A stretch of DNA of 64,000 nt from a virus, in the IMG/VR virus record IMGVR_UViG_3300010158_000028, positions 1-64,000 of that record; one strand, 5' to 3'. Positions 1-7,608 of this stretch are shown in pieces. A program made the translations under genes and the position numbers. The notes beneath the pieces are model-generated. The model was not told the DNA's origin. It ran no database searches and saw nothing but the letters and a program-made list of their open reading frames with translations. Each line of letters starts with the position of its first letter. Position 1 is the first letter of the stretch.

Positions 1-19
1 ACAATAACTTTCTGCATAA

Positions 20-463
20 TTAATCCTGAATGTTTATATTTGGATATGCTTCTTTAACTAATTTTAAAGTTAAGAAAGGAACTTTTAAATCTTTCTTTAG
101 TAAATTAACAAGTAATTCCGCTTCATCTTTGAATAAAGATTCAAGCAACTGCATTAATAAATTACTTTGTTTTTTACCAACAAGTCCCGGTGGTCTTTGT
201 GGATGATCTTTAATAAATCGGTATAGTTTTCTCACTTCATTTTGTAGATACATGTAATTTAGACCTGCTGGATCTTTTGATGGTCTATAATCGGGTATCT
301 CTACATCAAATTGAATATCTTTCATAAATGCTAAAACTAAGAACTCACGAAATCTTTCGCTATCATTTTTTCGTAATACATCTAATCGTTCTGCTTTTGT
401 GGATGCCAACTTAAAATCATCCATAATCTCAGAAAATAATTTAGAATTCATTTTTTTTCTCAC
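20..463 (-). CDS. conserved T4-like phage hypothetical protein (DUF6433-like) downstream of RNase H
   Basis: 147 aa ORF; its position beside rnh and the 'LLESLFKDEAELL' segment resemble this family as I recall it. Confidence 0.55.
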   Translation of the reverse strand: MRKKMNSKLFSEIMDDFKLASTKAERLDVLRKNDSERFREFLVLAFMKDIQFDVEIPDYRPSKDPAGLNYMYLQNEVRKLYRFIKDHPQRPPGLVGKKQSNLLMQLLESLFKDEAELLVNLLKKDLKVPFLTLKLVKEAYPNINIQD

Positions 464-470
464 TTTTTTA

Positions 471-541
471 TATAAATAAAGGTGTAGATCGCCGAGCGGG
501 AACTCGCATCTACTCTAACACGAAAGGACCGTATCAGCATG
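471..541 (+). promoter_or_regulatory. T4-type late promoter TATAAATA plus structured 5' leader (copy 1)
   Basis: TATAAATA at 471-478; hairpin GTAGAT..CGAG/CTCG..ATCTAC at 484-513; AAAGGA then ATG at 539; a near-identical copy lies at 5700-5768. Confidence 0.75.
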
Positions 542-964
542 TATATATATACTCCACCAAAAGATGAAATATTTGTCGGACTAAAAGATGTTGACCTGAC
601 AGATTTATGTTCATTTGTACCTGGTAGTAATCAAAAAGATAAATTCAATAGTTTTTATGGTAAAAAACACACTTTAGAAACTAAAAAACTGATATCTAAG
701 AAATTAACTGGAACTAGACATCCATATAGTCCTAAACCTTGGGCTAAAGACAATTTAAAATTCATTAAATACAGAGCATATGGTCATTATGAAATAACTG
801 AACCCGATGGAAACAAAATAATAGTAATAGATTTGAAATCATACTGTAAAGAAAAAAATATAAGTTATACTTCTATGGCATCATTATCTAACGGAAAATA
901 CCCCAAAAATAAATACAAAGGATATCAGTCTAAAAAATTAGGTTATATCAAAATTCATCAATAA
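539..964 (+). CDS. NUMOD3-containing homing-endonuclease remnant or DNA-binding protein
   Basis: NUMOD3-like 'NSFYGKKHTLETKKLISKKLTG'; no HNH or GIY-YIG catalytic motif visible; inserted opposite to its neighbours. Confidence 0.65.
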   Translation: MYIYTPPKDEIFVGLKDVDLTDLCSFVPGSNQKDKFNSFYGKKHTLETKKLISKKLTGTRHPYSPKPWAKDNLKFIKYRAYGHYEITEPDGNKIIVIDLKSYCKEKNISYTSMASLSNGKYPKNKYKGYQSKKLGYIKIHQ

Positions 965-1790
965 CTTCAAGTAAATTTACCAACCTTTTTGCAATCATAT
1001 AATTCATAAACTGCTGTTTGGTTGCTGGTTTAACTTCTTCATATCTACTTATAATAGTTTTTACAAGAGATTGTGGAATTTCTGATAAATCAATCAATTG
1101 TTTATTACGTGCCCAATTACGTTTTAACTCATCGTTACCTTGAAGTGGAATAATCATGCTCATCATCTCATTCAATTTAACTTTGGTAATTGATTTCTGA
1201 CGAATACCATCTACAATAAAATTATCACCAGATAAGATATTAGGTACACCATCACCTTTATCACCGTTAATGATTAATTCTTTTAATTGATCGGCAGCAT
1301 TATCAGTCTTAATAAACTTCTTCATTGAAGGTGAATATTGTTGCACATTAGAATTAGTCTGTAACTGAACAAAATCTTTATCAGATGATAGAATGATTAC
1401 TTTTTCTTTTTCAGAATAATGTTGAACCAATACACCAATGATATCATCGGCTTCTGCACCTTCAATATCAATAACTTTATATGGTGCAAATTCTTTTAAT
1501 TCAGACCGAACTTTATTCATACATTCAAATATTGATGCCCAATCATGACCAGAACTATCTCTACTTTTCTTTCTATTACCTTTATAGAAAGGAAATACAT
1601 CACGGCGCCAATATTTTTTATTGTCGCAAGCAATAATCACTTCACCATAAGATTTGAATTTTTTAATATTACTTCTAATACTATTCAAAATCATATGACG
1701 AACAAGGTCTTCCTCAACTGGTTTCTTTGAGGATCCAATTTGTTCCATCAGATTGGAAATTACAATCTGGTTAAAGTCAAATAATATCAT
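948..1790 (-). CDS. rnh: T4-like RNase H (5'-3' flap exonuclease)
   Basis: Motifs 'YWRRDVFPFYKGNRK', 'EADDIIG', 'SSDKDFVQLQ', 'GDKGDGVPNI'. Confidence 0.93.
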   Translation of the reverse strand: MILFDFNQIVISNLMEQIGSSKKPVEEDLVRHMILNSIRSNIKKFKSYGEVIIACDNKKYWRRDVFPFYKGNRKKSRDSSGHDWASIFECMNKVRSELKEFAPYKVIDIEGAEADDIIGVLVQHYSEKEKVIILSSDKDFVQLQTNSNVQQYSPSMKKFIKTDNAADQLKELIINGDKGDGVPNILSGDNFIVDGIRQKSITKVKLNEMMSMIIPLQGNDELKRNWARNKQLIDLSEIPQSLVKTIISRYEEVKPATKQQFMNYMIAKRLVNLLEVIDEF

Positions 1791-2458
1791 TTTTTCTTTT
1801 TCTCTTTCTCAAGTGCTTCAACAAGTGCTTCATTCAATTCTTCAATTGTTTTTTCTAAATCTACATCTTTATATTCTTCTTGTAATTCAGCTAGTTTGGC
1901 CAAATCTTCCAATTCTTCTTCAGATTCTTCATCCAATTCTATATCTTCTTCATCTTCCAAATTTTCTTCAATTCGTTCCATTACATCATCACGAATACAC
2001 CAATATTCTAAAATATCTTCGGGTATATTATCCAATTCATCAATATCATCATATGCATCATTATATTCATATGAATCATCAATACCATCTGCATAACGAC
2101 CAACAAGACACATACCAGGTTCGTGATAGTTTGCCTCAGCAACTTTCCATTCTGTGTTGTTATCTAAGTATTCAAAGAAAGTGATTGGTGCTGACCATGC
2201 AGTATCAAACGATAATTGTATTGTCGTATCCGACAACCGAGATATGGAATCTTTATCTGGCATTACTTCCCATTTGGTACCCCAATTACTTACATTCCAG
2301 TTATACCAATCTTCTTCTTCACTCTCGGGTCGTGGACAAAAATATGAAAACAAACCATTAGAATCTGTTGATTTTGTTTCTAAAAATTCAACAAGTTTAT
2401 CAACTTCTTGTTTTGATTCGTTTTCCAACACTATAGTATTCATGCACCAGTTTGGCAT
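1787..2458 (-). CDS. DUF1281/YubB ferredoxin-like domain protein with acidic tail
   Basis: 'MPNWCMN', 'WYNWNVSNWGTKW', 'FDTAWSAP', 'YHEPGM'. Confidence 0.7.
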   Translation of the reverse strand: MPNWCMNTIVLENESKQEVDKLVEFLETKSTDSNGLFSYFCPRPESEEEDWYNWNVSNWGTKWEVMPDKDSISRLSDTTIQLSFDTAWSAPITFFEYLDNNTEWKVAEANYHEPGMCLVGRYADGIDDSYEYNDAYDDIDELDNIPEDILEYWCIRDDVMERIEENLEDEEDIELDEESEEELEDLAKLAELQEEYKDVDLEKTIEELNEALVEALEKEKKKK

Positions 2459-2468
2459 AACAATCTCC

Positions 2469-3551
2469 TTAATTAGTAATTTTCAACAATATTGTATCAG
2501 AATTTAAACGACCTGTCAAGCTTTTTTCTTTTGCTTTAATGGTAATCATTACATTTCGTAGGTAAACTTTGCCACCTTTAATAACATCCGGTAATATTGC
2601 TTCTGGTTTACGCAAGGTCTTACATATTGAATTGCGCTCACTAAAATTAATAATACTACTACCCTTTACTGATAATCCACTGGAATCGTCTGCAACATAA
2701 ACACCTAACTTTTTAGTCTTAATATTAAATACCCATAACTGATTAGCACCAATAATATCTTTTGCAGATACAGATTTAATCTTATATGTATCATCTTCAA
2801 TACAAATATTAACCTTCGCTACCAACTGTTCCGGACTCTTTGCCTTGCGCTTACGAGGTTTACGATTCTGTTTAGCAGTGCCAGTAATCTTTAAGGCATC
2901 ACTAATAATTAAATCGTGATAGGCAATAATTTTCTTAATCTCAGTCTTAGAATAATTACTATAACCTTCTACCAATTGTTCATCGGTACCATCCAATACC
3001 TGTAAGAATTCTTCTTTATCAGTCTTATAAATGGCAATGATTCTACTTGCATGAACTGATTTAATAGTATCTTGCATAATACCTAACGGAGATGGCATCT
3101 TCTTAAATCCACCTAAGATATATTCATCTAGTGATTCATCAATTAGACCAGCAATTTCCATAGTCTTTTCATGTATACGGTCTTGAATTGAGATAACATT
3201 AGACACTGGTTTATCAACTGGTTCTACTGATTCCGGTTTAACAGTATCTAAGTATTGCTTAAATTTAATCTCATGTTTATCAGATAAGACTGCACCACGC
3301 ATCTTCATTCGGCATAGAAAACCAAAAGTGGGTACCTGTTTATTCAAACCATCTGTATCATGTTTAATTTTATTCTTTTTAAGATAGTCGGCAATATACT
3401 TTGCTGCAGATTTACCATCTTTATTTTGTGAATACCAAGTAAGTGTATGCCCAACTTGTTCTTCAGTTAATATATCACTGGTGGTAAACTTAGGTTCACC
3501 GCCACTCATTGATTCTTGAATTTCCGCCATTGATTTGCGAACTTTAGCCAT
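2469..3551 (-). CDS. conserved T4-like phage hypothetical protein
   Basis: 360 aa ORF with 'IIGANQLWVFNIKTKKLGVY', 'KTLRKPE' and C-terminal 'GRLNSDTILLK'. Confidence 0.6.
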   Translation of the reverse strand: MAKVRKSMAEIQESMSGGEPKFTTSDILTEEQVGHTLTWYSQNKDGKSAAKYIADYLKKNKIKHDTDGLNKQVPTFGFLCRMKMRGAVLSDKHEIKFKQYLDTVKPESVEPVDKPVSNVISIQDRIHEKTMEIAGLIDESLDEYILGGFKKMPSPLGIMQDTIKSVHASRIIAIYKTDKEEFLQVLDGTDEQLVEGYSNYSKTEIKKIIAYHDLIISDALKITGTAKQNRKPRKRKAKSPEQLVAKVNICIEDDTYKIKSVSAKDIIGANQLWVFNIKTKKLGVYVADDSSGLSVKGSSIINFSERNSICKTLRKPEAILPDVIKGGKVYLRNVMITIKAKEKSLTGRLNSDTILLKITN

Positions 3552-3825
3552 TAGTTAATTCCTTAAATGTATAATTTTGATAATCTTTAATAAACATAAT
3601 TCCATCGTCCGTTTCATCGTATAAACTACTTATACGCATGGCAGCATTCAATGCAGTTAATTCTAATTCAAATGTATAACACAAACCAAATACTTCCTTA
3701 ATTGCAACTTTATTGGGTTCATATTTTATTGTATCATCATTAAAAGCACCGAAAAAATCATCATACCGATTAGAGTATACAACACGGTACCCATCAATTG
3801 TTTTTAATATATAAATGCCACTCAT
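3544..3825 (-). CDS. hypothetical protein
   Basis: ORF overlaps both neighbours, consistent with translational coupling. Confidence 0.6.
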   Translation of the reverse strand: MSGIYILKTIDGYRVVYSNRYDDFFGAFNDDTIKYEPNKVAIKEVFGLCYTFELELTALNAAMRISSLYDETDDGIMFIKDYQNYTFKELTNG

Positions 3826-4241
3826 TACTTAACAACCTCAAATGGTTTATTCCAACGACCAACATTCAAGTGAACATAGTAGGCAGTATTAAAATAATCG
3901 GTCTGAGCATCGGAATGATCATAATAATCTGCACTATACAAACAACTTACAATCTTTTCCATAATCTCAAGTGCCTTACCAGAATAGTGATTTTTATAGT
4001 GGTATGTATTTACTTGTTCATAACCAGAGTCATTTGGTTTAAAACCTTGTGCCACTTGATAATAATCTTTTTGACAAGTTTCGTTACTGTTGGCAATAAA
4101 ATCTACAGGTGCAGATTTAATGGTGCAAACAATTGCTAAATGATTTGACACTGATAAACTGTATTTGACACCAGTTCCTTTTAGTGCTTTTTTCAAATTC
4201 TCGGCAATCTTCGCTTTTTTCTCTTGATTCATATAAGCCAT
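3825..4241 (-). CDS. conserved phage early protein
   Basis: AAGGAG RBS; first gene after the early promoter; 'SDAQTDYFNTAYY' motif. Confidence 0.7.
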   Translation of the reverse strand: MAYMNQEKKAKIAENLKKALKGTGVKYSLSVSNHLAIVCTIKSAPVDFIANSNETCQKDYYQVAQGFKPNDSGYEQVNTYHYKNHYSGKALEIMEKIVSCLYSADYYDHSDAQTDYFNTAYYVHLNVGRWNKPFEVVK

Positions 4242-4266
4242 TATTTACTACTCCTTATCAATTATT

Positions 4267-4323
4267 CAGACTCTATTATACCACAACTGTACCGAATGTC
4301 AAGCGTTTTGTAACTCATTGATT
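4267..4323 (-). promoter_or_regulatory. sigma70-type early promoter cassette with upstream IHF-consensus box
   Basis: TTGACA (4297-4302), 16 nt, TATAAT (4275-4280); AATCAATGAGTTA at 4311-4323. Confidence 0.85.
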
Positions 4324-4391
4324 TATAAAGGTTTTCTGTATTCTGTAACTTATTGATTTTATTGGACATTTCTTCACTCATTTCAATACTA

Positions 4392-4420
4392 ATTATACTA
4401 TAAATAGAAAGGAATGTCAA
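4392..4420. promoter_or_regulatory. overlapping divergent promoters: minus-strand sigma70 and plus-strand late
   Basis: Minus-strand TTGACA 4415-4420, 17 nt, TATAAT 4392-4397; plus-strand TATAAATA at 4399-4406 lies inside the spacer. Confidence 0.65.
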
Positions 4421-4438
4421 GCACTATATGGAGGTAAA

Positions 4439-4717
4439 ATGGACTTTTTCAAACTTGTAGCAGAATTAGGATTTCCAATTGCCGCAGCAATGGCAGGCGG
4501 ATACTTTATTTTCTTAACTCTTAAATTTATATTGGCGGGTGTCATGGGTTCCATTAAAGGATTAACTGGGATTATTGGCGCACTAGATAATAGAGTAAAG
4601 ACGATGAACCATGATGTTATCCGTATTGATACGATTGTTTCAAATGCTTTAGGATTAAAACCAGATACAAACCGAATTGCAAGAGCAGACGGTAAAAATG
4701 ATGCTCGGCGTGACTAA
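4439..4717 (+). CDS. small membrane/coiled-coil protein, paralog of 6377..6697
   Basis: GGAGG RBS; TM segment 'LGFPIAAAMAGGYFIF'. Confidence 0.7.
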   Translation: MDFFKLVAELGFPIAAAMAGGYFIFLTLKFILAGVMGSIKGLTGIIGALDNRVKTMNHDVIRIDTIVSNALGLKPDTNRIARADGKNDARRD

Positions 4718-4729
4718 TAGGAGAATAAA

Positions 4730-4918
4730 ATGAGATTTGTAGACTATGACTTTGACTTGGGACCAGATGGTTCAATATTCATGGATGAAACATTAAGACC
4801 AGCAATGATTGAGGTTAAAGAAGGTGATATATTTGTTGCCACCGTATACAATGATAAGGTGTTATTAAGAAAAACAAAAGGGACATTATGTGCATGTCCA
4901 CCCGAGGAATCAAAATGA
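4730..4918 (+). CDS. hypothetical protein
   Basis: AGGAG RBS; its stop overlaps the next start. Confidence 0.6.
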   Translation: MRFVDYDFDLGPDGSIFMDETLRPAMIEVKEGDIFVATVYNDKVLLRKTKGTLCACPPEESK

Positions 4919-5688
4919 AAAAATTAATTTATGCTTTACTTTTTGTTTGCGTTAATGTATTAGCAAATCCTATTGACGATAACTGCCCACAATTCGTTCT
5001 ACGTGGTGCACCAGTGAGTAAATTAACTCAGAACACTACAAAATACCTATGTAAACAAAACTATGCTATTCATTACAGAAACGATACCAAAACTGCAGAA
5101 TATGTCGTTGAACATCTTACACTACCCGCAGTAACAGGTACAGTTAAACGCCAAGATGATTTTAGACCTGATCCAGATATCCCTAAACAAAATCAATCTT
5201 TACTATCAGACTATGCTGGCAACCCATATGATAGAGGTCATCTATCACCTGCAGGTAACAATACACAATCCGCAATTGTTATGAGTGAAAGTTTCTTTTT
5301 ATCTAATATGGTACCGCAAGTACCTAATCACAATCGTGGTATTTGGAAACAATTAGAAACCTATACTCGTAATTGGGCAATTGAAGGTGGTGATCTGTAT
5401 GTTATTACGGGAACATTTTATGCTCCTGGTTACTTAACTATTGGTACTAACAAAGTTGGTGTACCTACTCATTTATGGAAAGTAATTGTTGACCGTAAGA
5501 ATGTTAAATCAATTGCATTTTTCTTTCCTAATGAAGCATTACCAGTACCAGATTTACCAAAGTATGCAGTATCGATTGCAGATATTGAAGGTATAACACA
5601 AATTGATTTTATGCCTCAGTTACCACCTGAATTAAAAAGATTAGAAGCAAACAAACCAGACTTAACTAAGTGGAGTGGGTTGCACTAA
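4915..5688 (+). CDS. secreted DNA/RNA non-specific endonuclease (NucA/EndoG family)
   Basis: Signal peptide MKKLIYALL...; 'YDRGHL' active site; 'FFLSNMVPQ..NRGIWKQLE'. Confidence 0.92.
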   Translation: MKKLIYALLFVCVNVLANPIDDNCPQFVLRGAPVSKLTQNTTKYLCKQNYAIHYRNDTKTAEYVVEHLTLPAVTGTVKRQDDFRPDPDIPKQNQSLLSDYAGNPYDRGHLSPAGNNTQSAIVMSESFFLSNMVPQVPNHNRGIWKQLETYTRNWAIEGGDLYVITGTFYAPGYLTIGTNKVGVPTHLWKVIVDRKNVKSIAFFFPNEALPVPDLPKYAVSIADIEGITQIDFMPQLPPELKRLEANKPDLTKWSGLH

Positions 5689-5699
5689 ATTGTTCTTTT

Positions 5700-5768
5700 T
5701 ATAAATAGTTGTAGGTCGCCGAGTTACCGCTCGCACCTACTCTAACATAAAAGGACTATGCCAGCATG
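5700..5768 (+). promoter_or_regulatory. T4-type late promoter plus structured 5' leader (copy 2)
   Basis: TATAAATA 5700-5707; hairpin GTAGGT..CGAG/CTCG..ACCTAC 5711-5740; AAAGGA; ATG at 5766. Confidence 0.75.
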
Positions 5769-6377
5769 ACTATTTATCACAAACATCACATTGTTCCTAA
5801 GCATATGGGTGGAACTGATGATGAATCAAATTTAATTTTGTTGACAGTTGAACAACATGCAAAAGCTCATCGTGAGTTGTATGAATTACATGGACAATGG
5901 CAAGACAAACTTGCTTGGCAAGGATTATCGGGAATGATTAATCACCAAGAAGTTATTTCTTTAATTATGCATCGTCCACGTGGTCCACGAAGCGATGAAA
6001 CTATAGAAAAGATTAAATACACAAAAAAATTAAATCCATATAAACACAGTGATGAAATAAAGTTAAAAATAAGTTCTTCTAATTTAGGTAAAATTTTTTC
6101 AGAGGAACATAAAAATAGGATTTCTAAATCTCATGTAGGAATGAAAAAAGATTGGTTAAAAGGAAATAAACACGCTTCATCGCTTAAAGGGAAACAAAAA
6201 AGTATATCTCATCAAGAAGCGATAAATAAAGCGTTAGATAGTTTAGAAGTTAAACAAAAAATATCTTCAACTTGGGCTAATAAACCAACAGTAAAATGTC
6301 CATTTTGTGAGAAAGAAGGAAAAGAAGGACATAATATGAACAGATTTCATTTCAATAATTGTAAAAGGATATTATAA
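5766..6377 (+). CDS. free-standing HNH homing endonuclease with NUMOD3 repeats
   Basis: 'HKHHIVPKHMGGTDDESNLILLTVEQHAKAH'; 'HSDEIKLKIS' and 'SEEHKNRIS' repeats; C-terminal CPFC..H..NC. Confidence 0.88.
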   Translation: MTIYHKHHIVPKHMGGTDDESNLILLTVEQHAKAHRELYELHGQWQDKLAWQGLSGMINHQEVISLIMHRPRGPRSDETIEKIKYTKKLNPYKHSDEIKLKISSSNLGKIFSEEHKNRISKSHVGMKKDWLKGNKHASSLKGKQKSISHQEAINKALDSLEVKQKISSTWANKPTVKCPFCEKEGKEGHNMNRFHFNNCKRIL

Positions 6378-6697
6378 TGGATGTTGTGGAACTTGTTAAT
6401 AAGTATGGTTTTCCTATTGTTGCAGCTTCGGGTTGCGGATATATGGTGTTTTATGTTTGGTCTTGGGCTACTAAAGAAGTTAAACCTGTTCTCAGTGAAG
6501 CAAATGCAACTCTAATTGGATTAATTGATAGAATCAGAATGTTAGATAATGATTTAATTAGATTGAATCAAAAGGTTGATGTTGTTCTACATCTCCGTGG
6601 TAAAACAATTGAACATGAACGGGTATTAGCAGAACAAAAAATTAACGCATTTGTGGATGATGAGGATAAGAAAACTGCATCAGCCGGTGAAGGTTAG
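6377..6697 (+). CDS. small membrane/coiled-coil protein, paralog of 4439..4717
   Basis: 'YGFPIVAASGCGYMVF' and 'LIDRIRMLDNDLIRL'. Confidence 0.7.
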   Translation: MDVVELVNKYGFPIVAASGCGYMVFYVWSWATKEVKPVLSEANATLIGLIDRIRMLDNDLIRLNQKVDVVLHLRGKTIEHERVLAEQKINAFVDDEDKKTASAGEG

Positions 6698-7337
6698 GTT
6701 TATATAATCTATTCACAAAATTGAGTAACAATTCGTGATGGTCATTATTGTGCCAGTGTTTCTTCATCCAACTATAACTCTGATACCAATTATATTCACT
6801 TTCTGGATGACACCCAATTAATCCTATACGGTCTTGAATAATTGCCATTGGATCATTATTGGCATATGTTGCAACAACTTCAAATTTAGTTTCATCACCA
6901 ACTAAAGCACATCCATCATAGAAAAACATTTTTTCTGGTTTGTTTTCCCATGTTATATCTATTGCTTTTGCGTGTGGTCGTCTAGTATCTGTATTAGGTT
7001 GTCTAATATATTGAACTGCTTCAACACCATCTAAAATGTCAAAGTAATCTTTACCTGCCCAATATGCACCCATACAGATACCTAGATATGCGCCACCTTT
7101 TTCCACAAATTCTCTGATAACATTACGATTCTGTTTGAATAGATAATCAAAACTATCTGCATCTCCTATACCACCAGGAAACGCAACCATATCTACATCA
7201 TCAAAAAAATTATCATCTAATTCATGTCTAGTAAATATCTTAAAATTATATTCACTTTCTAATGATTTAATAATACCGTTACCTGACTGTATCGAACACT
7301 TAGGTTGATGCACGAATAACGCTATTACGGGTTTCAC
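6642..7337 (-). CDS. BPL_N / class I glutamine amidotransferase-like protein
   Basis: 'VAFPGG', nucleophile elbow 'YLGICMGAY', 'HPE'; likely GTG start at 7337 coupled to the upstream stop. Confidence 0.8.
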   Translation of the reverse strand: MKPVIALFVHQPKCSIQSGNGIIKSLESEYNFKIFTRHELDDNFFDDVDMVAFPGGIGDADSFDYLFKQNRNVIREFVEKGGAYLGICMGAYWAGKDYFDILDGVEAVQYIRQPNTDTRRPHAKAIDITWENKPEKMFFYDGCALVGDETKFEVVATYANNDPMAIIQDRIGLIGCHPESEYNWYQSYSWMKKHWHNNDHHELLLNFVNRLYKPNLHRLMQFSYPHHPQMR

Positions 7338-7471
7338 CTGATATAGTTTCCAGTGACTACCACATAGATGAATAATACCCAACCAAATCTTAATGCAATA
7401 TCAAACCATCTTTCAAAATGATCTAACCATGATTTAGTATCACTGTTTTTGTTCTTGATCCCGTCTTCCAT
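7334..7471 (-). CDS. small membrane protein (45 aa, not in the ORF track)
   Basis: MEDGIKNK...FGWVLFIYVVVTGNYIR; its stop overlaps the next GTG. Confidence 0.5.
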   Translation of the reverse strand: MEDGIKNKNSDTKSWLDHFERWFDIALRFGWVLFIYVVVTGNYIR

Positions 7472-7598
7472 TGTCAACCTTTCCTATTTGCACTTCATGA
7501 TAGGTATCTGGTTCAACATATTTGTCCCAGACTTTTTGTCCTGTGTTCCAACCAAATACAGTAATAAATCCAATTGCAATATAAGTTAATACAAACAT
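7440..7598 (-). CDS. small membrane protein (52 aa, not in the ORF track)
   Basis: GGAG RBS; MFVLTYIAIGFITVFGWNTG. Confidence 0.55.
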   Translation of the reverse strand: MFVLTYIAIGFITVFGWNTGQKVWDKYVEPDTYHEVQIGKVDNGRRDQEQKQ

Positions 7599-7608
7599 AA
7601 TATCTCCA

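Noticed and set aside
539-964. IscB/HEARO-type RNA-guided nuclease
   Set aside because: There are no RuvC or PLMP motifs, and the associated structured leader is only about 60 nt.
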